NCBI GenBank assembly: GCA_013265495.1
Contig: MU057880.1
Location: forward strand, 650,527 to 714,526
DNA from: Vicugna vicugna
Taxonomy: Eukaryota
DNA: 64,000 nucleotides
Direction: 5' to 3'
Shown in pieces: positions 1 through 13,269 of this stretch. Under the pieces are notes generated by a model, which saw nothing but the letters and a program-made list of their open reading frames with translations, ran no database searches and was not told where the DNA came from. The stretch's first letter is position 1, and each line of letters begins with the position of its first letter. The position numbers and the translations under genes are program-made.

Positions 1-2258
1 TGCTATTAGCCAAATACTAAAAGGATCTTAGTCCATCATCTCTAAACATGACTCACAATTCCTACTGGCACTAATACGTTTGCTGTGTCAGTGATCATCA
101 TGTCACACTAGCGTAGACTTCCCCATCTGTGAAGTACTTTCTCATATCTTATGCTCATTTAAGCCATAACAAACACCCTGGAAAACAGGAAAGGTACAAC
201 AGTGTGCTCTGTTTCACAAACCAGAAAAATGAAGCACAGTGAAAGCTGCCAAGGTCGCTCAAAGAGTAAGGAGTGTAGCAGCAGTGTCCCCCTCCCAGTG
301 ACTCTTCCTCATGAGAATTACAGACCCCAAAATGAGCGACAGCAGCAGAGCAACTTCAATGCCAAGGGACTTACGGCATTACCAGTCTCAATTTTTTTCT
401 CTTAGATCTTCCAAGAGATCAGATATACAATTTAACATATTGTTAATCTAACTTAAGGAAGGTTACAAGATAGACGTGTAAAACAAAAAGTTCAGAATCC
501 TGTAAAAGCAAATGTACACATACCCAAATAAAATCCAAGGCAACAAACTGAAGTCCAGGGCTTTGGAGTTCACAGTGTCATGCGTGGAATTCAGGTTTTT
601 ACTTCTGACTTGCTTCTGTGGCCTACCAAAGTCATGGTGACTGAGTAATATTTGGATCACTATGGCCTAACCACACAATTCTAGGAATCACTTGTGGCTC
701 AGTCTTAAAATAATCACGAGCCAAAGTCACATTATGCTCAAATAGTAAAAAAATAATTTCTTAAGAGTTAAATTTTAAAATTGTAACCAATTGGATCAGG
801 TCCCAACAGTATTACGTATTGAATAACCATGAGACTGGCTGACACACTTTATACATTTAAATATTTATGGAATGATACAGAATTACAAAACACCACAGAA
901 ACACAAATGCCAATAAGACAGTTTCACCTTCAAGGAATTTTAGAGTTTAAAATAGGAAATAAAGCACATTAAAAACTCTAAGACACTGATGAAAGAAATT
1001 GAAGAAGACACAAATAAAGTTGAGAGACAGTCCACGCTCATGGATTGGAAGAATACTGTGAAAATGACCACACTAAGCAAAGCAATCCACAAATTCAATG
1101 TAATCCCTATCAAAATTCCAATGACATTTTCCACAGAACTACAACAAGTAATTCTAAAATTTGTATGGGAACACAAAAAGACCCTGACTAGCCAAAACAA
1201 TCTTGAGAAAGAACAGAAAAGCTGGAGGCATCACATTCCCTGGTTTCAGAGCATATTTCAAAGCTACAATCATCAAAACAATATGGCATTGGTATAAATA
1301 CAGACACACAGATCAATGGAACAGCATAAAAGACCAGAAATAAACCCACACATACAGGGCAATTAATTTACAACAAAGGAGCCAAAAACATACAATGAAG
1401 AAAAGACAGCCTTCAACAAATGGTGCAGGGAAAACTGGACAACCACATGCGAAAGACTGAAACAAGACTATTATCTTTCACTATACACAAAAATTAACTA
1501 AACACAGACTAAAGACTTGAATGTAAGAACTGAAAACCATAAATTCCTAGAAGAAAACATAGGCAGTAACCTCCCTGGCACTGGTCTTGGTGATATTTTC
1601 AGATCTGACTCCAAAGGCATGGGAAACAAAAACAAAAATAAACAAGTGGGAATACATCAAACTAAAAAACTTCTGCCGTGAAGGAAGCCATCAACAAAAT
1701 GAAAAGGCACCCTACTGAATGGGAGAAGGTATCTACAAATTGTATATCTGATAAGGAGTTAATACCCAAAATACAAAAAGAATTCACACAACTCAACGTC
1801 AAAGAAACAAATGGGTAGAGGACTGAACAGACACTTTTCCAAGAAGATATCCAGATGGCCAACAACACATGAAAAGATGCTCAACATCACTAATCACCAG
1901 GGAAATGCAAATCAAAACCACACAGCTCTTAGGATTACTATTATCAAGAAGACAACAAATAACAAGTGTTGGCAAGGACGTGGAGAGAAGGGAACCCTCA
2001 TGTCCTGTTGGTGGGAACGTAAGTTGGTGTAGCTGCTGTGGAAGAAAGTATGGAGGTTCCTGGAAAAATTAAGAACAGAACTACCACATGACATAGCTAT
2101 TCCAATTCTGAGTTATTTATGCAAAGAATATGAAAACAATTTGAAAAAGATTTGAAAAGATATCTGCTCCCCTATGTTCACTGCAGCATTATTTATAACA
2201 GCCAAGATGTGAAAAACAACAGAATTGTCCATCAGTGGATGAATGGATAAAGAAGATG

Positions 2259-2259
<1 letters not shown>

Positions 2260-2296
<37 letters not shown>
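2260..2296. repeat. (CA)n microsatellite inside an L1
   Basis: Directly visible. Confidence 0.98.
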
Positions 2297-2301
<5 letters not shown>

Positions 2302-2479
2302 AATATTACTCAGTAAAAAAGAATGAAATCTTGCTATTTGCAACAACATGGATGAACCTTGAGGGAATTATGCTAACTGAAATAAGTCAGATGGAGGAAA
2401 GACAAATATTATATGATTTCACTTACACATAGAATCTAAAAAAACAAATGCACAAGCCAAACAAAACAAAAACAAACTG

Positions 2480-2628
2480 GCGGGAGGGTACAGCTCAGTG
2501 GTAGAGTGCATGCTTAGTATGCAGGAGGTAGGGTTCAGGCCCCAGTACCTCCATTACAAAAAATAAATGAATAAATAAACTTAATTACCTCCCTCCCATA
2601 TAAATAAATAAACAAATTAAAAAAAAAA
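2480..2628 (+). mobile_element. tRNA-Ala-derived SINE (camelid Vic-1 type) nested in an L1 3' UTR
   Basis: gggagggtacagctcagtggtagagtgcatgcttag... head, aaacttaattacctccc motif and A-tail. Confidence 0.9.
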
Positions 2629-2842
2629 CTGAGAGATACAGGGAACAGACTGGTAGTCTCAGGGTGGAAGGGAACTGGGGAGTGGAGAGCAAAATGGGTG
2701 AAGGGGGTCAACTGTGCAGTGATGAACTAAAACAAGACATAGAGTGGTGGTCACTATGCAGGGCACACAAGTATCAATGACTTTGTACACCTGAAATGTC
2801 CACAATGTCATGTCCAATTTTACCTCAATAAAAAAATAAAAT

Positions 2843-2930
2843 AATATGCATATAAATGCATGACTGAGACATTATGCTGTGCACCAGAAACTGACACACT
2901 GTGACTGACAGTACTTCAATTTTTAAAATA
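2843..2930 (+). mobile_element. Short L1 extreme 3' end in the A-tail of the preceding L1
   Basis: atgctgtgcaccagaaactgacacact...tacttcaat matches the 3' termini of the L1 copies at about 49100 and 53380. Confidence 0.7.
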
Positions 2931-3862
2931 TAAATAAATAAATAAAACAGGAGGTAAGATGTGTATACCTAATAATTATGAAACAATTACCAGAGGATAA
3001 ATGGCTTGCAGAGATGCGCAAGTTTAAAACCAGTAAAAAGCCCATAAAGAACAATTCAACCTTGGGCTCGAGTGACCAGAAGAAAGCTTCGTGGAGAAGG
3101 AAACATTTAAGCCAGTCCCTTAAAAGTGACGGGGGTAGGTGTGAGGGAGGGAGGGAGACCAGCACTGAATGGAGTCACCAGAAAGGGTAAAAATGGGAGG
3201 CGTCAGACCTGGCCAGTGGGACACTGACAGAGGCCTGAGGAGGACGGAACTTAGAAGGGAAAGAAGAGCTACCGAGGACAACAAAGGAATGTCCCCCTTC
3301 CCAAACTCCGTGGTTAGCTTCTTACAAAATCAGTTCCAACAGAGCAGCAGTTTGCCCAGAAGATCATGCAAGACGATTGTTCTCTGTGGTTACAAGGCTC
3401 ATTCTTGAAAATTACCATCCACATGAGCGGGGCCCTACTTGACAATGAGAAATGAGGCCTTGGGCTCCCCTCTGAAACACCACCCAAAGTAAGCAGGTCC
3501 ACACAGCACTGCTCTCCTTGTGCTCTCCGTCTTGCAATCAACAGAGAAAAGGAAAAACGAAGGGAAACATAAATCAGGACCTAGCCCAGAGGCAGCGCGG
3601 ACGGGGTCATTTTGAAGGTGCTCCTTTTCACAGTCAGAGGGGGGAGTGTTTATCTAGGAAATTCAGAAGAAAATGTGGAGAAATTCTTAGAATCTTCTCA
3701 AAGAGATGATAGAGATTAGCCACTTTTTTTTAAAGCCTTGGACAAGAACAAGTAAATGACATTTCACAGTAAGTCATTTCACTTATTTCATATATAAAGA
3801 AAACTGCAAGATATACAGAAGGCCAGATCTTAAGCGAAGGGTGGGATTTTTCTTATGTCTCC

Positions 3863-3913
3863 TAAAACAAAAACAAAAACAAAAACAAAAAACAAAACAA
3901 AACAAAACAAAAA
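3863..3913. repeat. (AAAAAC/AAAAC)n repeat
   Basis: Directly visible. Confidence 0.95.
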
Positions 3914-4941
3914 TGGCACCCAGCTTGACAAGTATGGCTTGCTTTCTGCCAGACTTGCAAAGATTTCTAGGAGATACTACTTTCTTTTCTCTTTCCCTCA
4001 TACTGTTCTGTCTTTTCTTTTGACCAATTTGAATATTGTTTTCCTAAAAATTGATTCAATATGTTTAATATCTACTCCCTTCCTTAAAAAAAAATCACAA
4101 ACAGAAGTGTTCAAAATACTGTACAATGCCTAAAGTTTAAATTAAATAGTTCTCGATCCTTTCCAGAGGACATTAACTGACTGTTTTCATGGATAACTTT
4201 AGAGGTAACGTCTGAAAGAATGAACACTGATTACCCTCTAAGGATAATGTACTGAAGGACAATGAACACCAGGAACATTTCTTTTGGGGAGTGAGGAGTT
4301 CTGATACTATATACATGGTAATAAGGTTTTTATCAGCATCCTCTACAAAGTTTCACTCAACGCTGGCAAAGACACTGTTGCAATTCTGGAGTAGTCAGCG
4401 TCTCCCTCCTGAACTCTGATGAAAGCAAATCCTTTCACCTGAGTAATTTTACTTCTAACTCCAAAAGTCCCATGGAATAGTCTGTTTTCTTTACTCACAC
4501 TGATACAATTCATTACCACAGATGTACAAGTTATACTCTGTCAACTGTTTAAATTCTGTCTGCGATTGCCAAGAAGTAACAGCTACTCCACAGCACCCTG
4601 CAGGAGGAAAGACTACCAACCCATGTGAGTTTCTGTTTGGATGCAAGATAAAGAAAGATAAGTAACTTAATAAAAGGTAAAGGGTTTTATCTCTGAGTCC
4701 AATTTAAAGGTTTAGATAATACGCCTACCACCATTTCTTTAAAAGATAAAGTAGCAGGCAAATAATTCTTGATTGTAAACTTAATGGAAATTAGGGTATT
4801 TCTGAGTACAGGAAGTTGATTGATTACGCAGAGCACCCAGCATGTGCCAGGGACTGGGGCCTGGTACAGCGGGTGGGCTTAAACAACTCAGTTTTGTTTT
4901 GTTTCAATAACAGAAACCTAATGTAAGAAGAGGATTTTCTT

Positions 4942-5824
4942 TTTTTTTTTTTAACATTTTTTATTGATTTATAATCATTTTACAATGTTGTGTCAAATTC
5001 CAGTGTAGAGCACAATTTTTCAGTTATACATGAACACATTTATATTCATTGTCACATTTTTTTCTCTGTGAACTACCATAAGATCTTGTGTATATTTCCC
5101 TGTGCTATACAGGATAATCTTGTTTATCTATTCTACAATTTTGAAATCCGTCTATCTCTTCCCACCCTCCGCTCCCTTGGCAACCACAAGTTTGTATTCT
5201 ATGTCTATGAGTCTATTTCTGTTTTGTATTTATGCTGTTTGTTTGTTTGTTTTTTAGGTTCCACACATGAGCAATCTCATATGGTATTTTTCTTTCTCTT
5301 TCTGGCTTACTTCACTCAGAATGACATTCTCCAGGAGCATCATGTTGCTGCAGATGGCATTATGTTGTCGGTTTTTATGCCTGAGTAGTATTCCATTGTA
5401 TAAATATACCACAGCTTCTTTATCCAGTCATCTGTTGATGGACATTTAGGCTGTTTCCATGTCTTGGCTATTGTAAATAGTGTTGCTATGAACATTGGGG
5501 TGCAGGTGTCATTTCGAAGTAGGGTTCCTTCTGGATATATGCCCAGGAGCAGGATTCCTGGGTCATATGGTAAGTCTATTCCCAGTCTTTTGAGGAATCT
5601 CCATACTGTTTTCCACAGTGGCGGCACCAAATTGCATTCCCACCAGCAGTGTAGGAGGGTTCCCCTTTCTCCGCAGCCTCTCCAGCATTTGCCATTTGTG
5701 GATTTTTGAATGATGGCCATTCTGAACGGTGTGAAGTGATACCTCATTGTAGTTTTGATTTGCATTTCTCTGATAATTAGTGATATTGAGCATTTTTTCA
5801 TGTGCCTATTGATCATTTGTATGT
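4942..5824 (-). mobile_element. Relatively young 5'-truncated L1 with target-site duplication
   Basis: A 158-aa open ORF2 C-terminal segment (5340-5816, Cys-rich domain: [19 protein letters not shown]), a poly(T) tail, and flanks atgtaagaagaggattttct (4921-4940) / atgtaggaagaggattttct (5821-5840). Confidence 0.96.
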
Positions 5825-6429
5825 AGGAAGAGGATTTTCTTAAAACTTCTCATCTAACTCTAGATTTCTTGAAAACCTAAAAAAAGGCCACAGACTCACA
5901 GAAAACCTCGAAAAAGGCCACAGTTACAAAAAAAAAAAAAAAAAGTCAGGCTGGAAAATGTATGACAACAACCTATACAAAAATACGTCCTTCCTAGGAG
6001 CAAAACTGTATGACACAGAAAAACCCTGTTGGGTGAACTTTAACAGGTGAACAATAATAAATTATACACATTATACTCAGTGTCTTTAGGACTTTCTATG
6101 AAGAGTCAATAATGCTACTGAGGAACAGAATTTCTTTTCTCCTTTCCGAGTGTATTTGTGAAGAGCACCAGGAGATACTATATTAGGATGACTAAAAGTC
6201 CAGGTCCTCTTTGGCTATACCCAGAAAGAACAAAACAATTGAAATGGGACAAGAGAGCTTTGCTTTTGCTGTGTTTAAGTAACAATGAGACTAGGCTGGG
6301 GTGTCTCTCTTCCACCTCATTTCCCTTTGGGTAAAGCTACCTCCTTAGGAAAATGATCAGACTTACAATTATAACAGACCTGTGAGATCCTTGAGCCCTG
6401 GAATCAGTTGGAAGTTCTCAGAAACGAGA

Positions 6430-6610
6430 GTCCAAGGCAAAGGACAAACCTGTTCTGTAAAGAGCCAGACAGTAAATGCTTCGGGCTCTGCAGGCCAGAC
6501 TCGGGCTCTGGCATGAAGGCAGCCTCAGACAACATGGAAAGACTGAGCCCAGCTGTGTCCCAACAAAACTTTATACAAAACAGGCTACGGGCTGAATGTG
6601 GCCCAGGGGG
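6430..6610. mobile_element. MER58A-like hAT-Charlie DNA transposon relic
   Basis: caaacc...tctgtaaagagccagacagtaaatg...gctgtgtcccaacaaaactttat...aaaacaggc matches the MER58A pattern from memory. Confidence 0.7.
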
Positions 6611-8527
6611 ATCTAGGGGGTTAAATTTTCAGCAGTTTGATGGCTCTGTCCCTGTCACATGGGGACATTCACCCAACTACTCTGGGTATTTATTTCCTCT
6701 ACTCAGAAGTCCAAACTGGACACGGGGTTTCAACATTTTTAGTGGTAAGTCTCCTCTTTCTAATAAAAATGAAGGGTGGAGGCTAAGCTAGATTTCTAGG
6801 ACCCCCCAGAGGCCCCGAGAAGCCTCCAGGTCTGTGAGACACTGAGGAAACCACTGGTCAGCTGATCCCGAAGGTTCCACTCAATGCCAAGAACCAGTGT
6901 TGGCCTCAACATCACCTCAGGCACCATCAGAAGGTGAGGGAAGCAACCTGCGGATCCTAGGCCGTTCAGATTCCTGAGAAATCACACGATCTCCTCCCAC
7001 AAAGAAGAGCAGCCTCATGACAATGTTAAAAATGACCAAAAGTACAGGCGAAAAGCAGAAGACAATGAAGTTAAAGCTAAATTCTAATCTATACGTGTAT
7101 ATAATTAAGATGTCTTTTGCTACGAATTTGCAAAAATTTTACCCAGAACAAGTTTTATGACAGGTTACTTTTTTCTAAAGTTCTATATATAATCAATAAG
7201 CAAGGTTTCAGTGCAGCATATTTAATCTGTTTCTGAAATCACCTGTTAAGAAGTTAATACATTGGCTTATAAACCATTCTACAATTTAAACATGGTCGTC
7301 ATATCTATTAAAATGGGTCAAGGCTAGGATCTCTACTCAGTAACAGTCTGCAAGTTAGTTCCAAATATTAGAGTTTAGTTTTACAAGTCTACCATTAATT
7401 TTGTTGTCCCTGATGCTAATCAAAATCTCAAATCAACAAAATTAAAAAAAAACAGATACTGCATAATATAACAAAGGTGTCACAGGATATCAGAGGAAGA
7501 ATTTACACGTATGTCTGTTAAATAACAGTCAAGCACGTAAATCACAGTCCAAAATCCCAGCACAGAAGTGATTAAACTTACAGGCAGGGGACTGCCTGAT
7601 ACTCCATAAAAACAACTTTGTTCCACAAAAGTACACATTTCTATAAGGAGGACTTGAACCAAAAGTTGCTGCCCCTTTCAGCTTTCACCCAATTCACTAC
7701 TAATATAGAAGCATACAATTACCTTTTCCCCTGTACCTCAAATTCTCAGGAAAAACAAAGACCAAGCCATGAAACATCTGCTGGCTCCGGTTCTGTGCTG
7801 CAGAGCACACCAAGTCCTGGGCTCAGACACGACTGGAAGCCCCAGGCCAGCAGGCTCTCTAGTGAGGCTGGTGGACACAGAGCAAGTCAGTCCATTTTAA
7901 GTGAAACCAAGGCTCCAGCTTGGACTCCAAATTCAGGCATATACTACCTCCCAGCCCCCTACACACACACACACCCAAAACAATTAACTTATAGTAAAAA
8001 AAAAAGACTATTTTAAATTAAATCCCACTCTTTCCAAAAACATTTCTAGCCATTAGCTGCTGACAGCAAACTGCTTAAATGACCTAACAACACATTAAGA
8101 GCAATTTATCTACATAAATCTGGAATGCGATCATAAAAAGCCCATAAACAAACACCACGGTTGCCCTAAGGCAGGGCATGGTGCGTACTTATCTAATATC
8201 AAAGCTAGTCTTGTACAATAGCCAACAAGATTGCACTGTGTAGCGCAGGGAAATATATACAAGATGAAACCACCCTTCTTAAAGACAGAAGTTTGTAAGT
8301 ATGAATCAACAAGTTATAGAAAACTCTATTCAAACAGCTATTTGTTACCAACATTTTATACACAAACGTATATTTAGCTCTAAAAAGTGATGATTTAGCT
8401 TTTAGGAGGAATGACAAATTGAAAACTTCAAAGTCCCAGAAAAATGACAAAATATTACTACACATAGAAATTTCAGATCACAAAATTGGAGCACATTAAA
8501 AAGTTCTCAAAAAATAAGAGTAAATTT

Positions 8528-8672
8528 TTTTGTGTGTGGGGAGAGGGTAAATTAGGTTTGCTTGTTTATTTGTTTGTTTGTTTGTTTGTTTTTAGAGGAG
8601 GTACTGGGGATTGAACCCAGGACCTCATGCATTCTAGGCACGTGCTCTACCACTTGAGCTACACCCTCCCCC
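8528..8672 (-). mobile_element. tRNA-Ala-derived SINE
   Basis: A and B boxes on the minus strand, with TSD agagtaaattt at 8517-8527 and 8678-8688. Confidence 0.92.
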
Positions 8673-10571
8673 ACAACAGAGTAAATTTGAAACAAAAAGA
8701 ATTGACTTAGAACATATAAATCTACGTCTTACTTGAAATCAATACTTAAATCAATAGTCATCATGTAGAAATAATTATACTTAAAAAGTTACATTCAGTG
8801 TTTTATTTATATCTATATATAAAATTCACCCACTGGTATTTTAACCTCTATTTTCAAAGAAGAGACTGTGCTTCAGAAAATTACTAATCATACATCTAAT
8901 AAGCAAGCCAAGAAGTTGAATATGTTTATACATTATATATCTGTATTCATTTCTCCCTAACTGCGGCTAAAGGAATACAGCTGTGTAATACATTAAGACT
9001 TTCAAAGAGGTCTCCCGAGAATCACTGCATAAAATTAGGAAAACAATATCTCCTATGCAAAGTAAGTTGGACAAATACTATCAACCAACAGCACTCATCC
9101 ATCTTCATCTCCTTCTTTCCGGCCCTTCTGTAATATAGAGGCGGAAAAGGAAAATACTCAAACTGTCAAGTCTCCTAGCAACTAGGAGGAGCCACGGACA
9201 CAGCTCCAGCCAGTTGCAAGTACCTGGAGAGGGTGTTCCTTCAAAATGAAAGGCAAACTCTTTCCAAGAAAAGCATTTTCCACCTCCTCCCTTCTCTCTT
9301 CTCCCCTGCTTGGTGGTGCAGCCATCACCTTGGGACTTGGAAAACTAAAATCACTTGCCAAGTAGAGTGAGCTGGTTTTCTTAGTGACAACCTGACCATC
9401 TGCATTAACCCTGCACTGCCTAACTTTAGAGTTCTTACTGTGTGTGGAAAATAAGCCCACAGTTAAGCCTCTGTGTGTGCAGTTTCTGATAACCTGCAGA
9501 CTAATGCAAGTCTAACTCAATCCAAGCCAGGAACCAAGTCTATCAAATGGATGTATATTATAAATCACTTTGGTGAATCATAAGACATGACTGATGAAAA
9601 ATCATCTAAGGGAAAAATAAATACCAACTATTGAAAATAATACTACTAATAAAAAACGGTAAACACTCCAAAGACTGTTGAAGAACTTTAATGCACACAA
9701 ACATGTTTAATCTTCACAACCATGGGAGGCTGATATTACCACACTCACCCATGGTAAAATTTTAGCAACCCTTGACAAAAACAGAACAATATGGTGAAGG
9801 AAAGGTAAATTTACTTATTCTGAAATTATGACCTTTCTATCTTTGCAACATTAAAATGTCCTTTCTTTTATGAAATGGGGTTAGTGGGGAACAAGTTTAC
9901 ATTCATCTTTAACATGCTCACTTGGCAAAATCAACAGGTGGCAAACCAACATCAGCTCCCCAAAGTTCTGCGAAGCTTTAACAGCCCAGGAAATGCAAGG
10001 GTCTGAGCCCCACTAGCGTTAAGTGACCTGCCCAGGACCACAAAGCAGTTTGTGGTCTGGACATCAGGGTCCAGGCTCATAACCGCTATGTTAGATGAAG
10101 GAAACACACTAAATAAACTCACAATGACTACTGCATGAATACAATCAAAGACACAAATGTGTAGCTACGAAGGAAAACAGCCACCCCACCACATGCAAAG
10201 TGGGAACAAGGACTTTCAAAGGGAAATGATTCTACCATGTTGCCTCCCACAGAGTTTCCTCGAAGGGATGGAGATTTAAACCACACCAAGGAAAACGGAA
10301 TCAAGACAGGAATTCTCAGCCATTACGAGGTAGGTCTCAGATGAGCTTAGGTTCAGAGAGTCGCATCTGGGAATACAGAACTTGGGGGTTTCTGCATACC
10401 CGGTCTGCCTCTGGAAGAAGTCTGTGATTCCCCAGTGGAAGGAGCAGGGAGGTCCTCAACAATGTTCCCCCTACAGCCAGCTCCTCGGTTTACTCCGGCT
10501 CTACCAAAGCCAGGGGTCCAACATGAACAAAGCCCAGAAAAGAACTGAAATGCACTCAAATTCTTCTTTAC

Positions 10572-10586
10572 CTCAATTCTTGGCAT
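10572..10586 (-). CDS. RAPGEF2: Candidate coding tip (MPRIE) of an alternative RAPGEF2 first exon
   Basis: cctaagATG CCA AGA ATT GAG|GTAAAG has A at -3 and a phase-0 donor, the same phase as the main exon 1. It ends a stretch with no recognisable transposon that starts at a TATA/Inr pair. Confidence 0.55.
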
Positions 10587-11303
10587 CTTAGGCGACTGTA
10601 TTTCAATTTTTTTTTTAACTCATGCGTTTTTCAAACTCATCTCTGGTTGTTTGGAAATGTAGCAATTTGATCAAGCATTTTCTTAATCCAACAACTAAAT
10701 CATGTAACTTGGATGGCCAAACATTTCTCACAACTCGATCAAGAATTTTCTAACAAATACGAGTGTGCTTAAAAGAAAGCAGAGTTTGTAAGACTGCATA
10801 ATGTAGCTTAGAGAAGAAATCAGAAACCTACTGCCTTGAAGGATTCCAACAGTTACATACAGAACAACTGGACGCATGTTAAACAGGGTTGGCCAACACC
10901 TACACACTTTCACAGGTTTTATTTTATAAGATTGGAGTTGCTTCAAAGTCGGGCCAGCTGTTTCCTTTTTCACAGGCGCCCTCAGATGCAAATTGTTATC
11001 AAAAACATCAAACAGAAAAAATCTTATTAAAATATAGAAAATAAATGGTTTTATCTTTACAATTGAAAATAGTAAGGATCTTCCAGCTTTAACTTATCTG
11101 TAGTTATCTGAAACATCAGGGCCCATATTTTTCAATCCAATCTTCCGGCACCAACTTCAGTAACGGGAAAAATTTTAAAAGTACACAGTATACAAAAACA
11201 GCATGCATCCTCCAGGATTTACCACACACAAAAAGAAAGGTAGGTGGCTAACGTGAGGGGGTGAGGGTTGGGGGAGACTGGCATTGTAACTGAAATGCAA
11301 CAG

Positions 11304-11384
11304 TGTATATATATATATACATATATATATGTATATATATATATATATATACACACATACACACACACACATACACATATATAT
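11304..11384. repeat. Compound (TA)n/(CA)n microsatellite
   Basis: Directly visible. It lies inside the candidate alternative first exon. Confidence 0.97.
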
Positions 11385-11534
11385 AAAAATATAAAATCAG
11401 TTCAAGGTAGAAATCTCTCTACAAATCTTTTTTTATATATATAAATTTTTTTTAATTCTTTTTTTTTCCTTTTTAGAGCCTGGTAGGACAAGTGCAGAGG
11501 AAAGAACTGCACACACGGCCAGAAGGTGCCATCC

Positions 11535-11620
11535 TCAGATGCAGCAGAGCCTCTGACCAGCCCTCTTAAATACGCCCTTGCCACTCCCTTGTCTCCCTCC
11601 CACCCCCTCACTCCTACCAA
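11535..11620 (-). promoter_or_regulatory. Candidate intronic TATA/Inr core promoter
   Basis: Minus-strand GGGCG-TATTTAAG (11572-11565), with a CA initiator (A at 11540) 32 nt downstream of the first T. A GGGGGTGGG (CACCC/KLF-type) box lies just upstream. Confidence 0.5.
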
Positions 11621-12239
11621 AAGTAACGATTTGAAGAATTTTTAAGTTCACAGGAAAGGAAAAGGAGGAGGGGGAACCTGTGGACTTGATTTCGCCTAGA
11701 CTGACCGCCTTCCACCACAACCACAATTTCCTTTCTGCGGTGCTTAATGTGCATGTTGTATTTTACCTCCTACACACTTTTTCTTACAGCAAAAACTCTA
11801 ATTTACTTATACTCAGGATCATGAAACATTCACAACTGGTAAAATACACTGCATCTTGTGAATATCTACAAAATTCAGATGGGAATAAGGGTTAAATAGT
11901 TAAAAGTTACTGTTTCAGCTCTTCTTGTCCATTGTTTAGAAGCTTGTGTGTATATGTATTTTAAATTTCCTCTAATATATTGCTTTAACCATGTCACTAA
12001 TGGTCCAAGGCATACAAATATTTAGCTAAAAGGCACTGAGCTCTTCATTAAGATTAAAGATTAAATCATTAATCAGGAAAAAGGTTTTTTTTAATATCTT
12101 AATTTGGTAGCCCCTCTTCAGTCACAATAAAACCCTAAAAGCTATGTGGTTTTTTACTTTTAATTCTAAAAGTACTTTAGACTAAAAAAGTTATTTAAAA
12201 AAATAGTTCAGAGATCCTATATATGCTTTATGCAGCTGC

Positions 12240-12900
12240 CCATAATTTATTATCTAAAACAAACACAGTAAAATTACCTATTCAAATTTCACCAGTTTTC
12301 CTAACAATTTGTTTTTGTTTTTTCTGGTCCAGGACTGAATCTAGGACCCACATCTCATCTGGTTATCCTGCATCCTTAGGCTCCTCCGATCTGGGACAAC
12401 CTGGGCACTTCTGAGTACTGGCCATTTTGTAGACTGTCCTAAAATGTGAGTCTGTCTGGTGTTTCCTGCACTCAGACTGAAGGGTGTTGATGTGTCTGTC
12501 CATATAACTTCAATCACCTAGCAATCTGCTGTCTGCTGGTTTCTTTACTATCAAATTATTGATTTCCCCTTTATAACTAATTGATTAATCTCGTGGGGGA
12601 AGACACTTGGAGCCGATGTAAATATTCTGATGGATGCTATTTCTCATCAGACTCTCCCCCACTCATTTTGGCATCTACTGATCCTTGCTTGCAACAATTA
12701 TGACTGGGATGTGTGCCTCCTGGTGATTTTCCATTTCCATCAGGCCTTCTACATTTTTTATTGGAATTCTACTGCAACAAAGAGCTGTCTCTTCTCCTCC
12801 GTTTATTTATTTATTCGATGGTTTACTTACATTGGCATGAGCTCACGGATATTCTTCCCCTAGAGGTTATAATCCTTCTTTATTTTGTCGTTCAAATTGT
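12240..12900 (-). mobile_element. Ancient L1MC-type 3' UTR fragment
   Basis: ttcaaatttcaccagttttcctaac...tccaggactgaatctaggacccacat resembles antisense L1MC sequence. Confidence 0.6.
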
Positions 12901-13269
12901 CCCCTGGGAGACCTTCATAAATACAGTCATTAAACTTCCTTCTGAATTGTAATACTCCACTTCAGTTGGGGACGATCAAGTAAATTCTTCGAATGAGGGG
13001 TCACTGATGGTAAGTCTGGCTTTACCACTTACATTGTGACCAAAAAACACTTTTCTATGGGGAAAAAAAAAACTGTATATATTGAAATATATCAAATGTG
13101 CTGTACCCTCACAACTCTTGCTCATCCAAGACCTTTACTCTTTATTATATATGTTATTATTGAATTTTCTAATCACTGTCACTAAGTCCACCTTACCCTG
13201 TACTGTGCCCATCCCCAAATATTTTTGGTATTTCAAGAACGCAGCACAAACCACTTAGAGACAATCGGA

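Larger units (their letters stand above)
960..2838 (+). mobile_element. 5'-truncated L1 (ORF2 3' part and 3' UTR), decayed and interrupted by a SINE
   Basis: ORF2-like peptides (MKEIEEDTNK...[54 protein letters not shown]) with frameshifts, ending in AATAAA and an A-tail. Confidence 0.95.

Noticed and set aside
989..2432. ORFs resembling reverse-transcriptase protein as a host gene
   Set aside because: They are frameshifted L1 ORF2 remnants.
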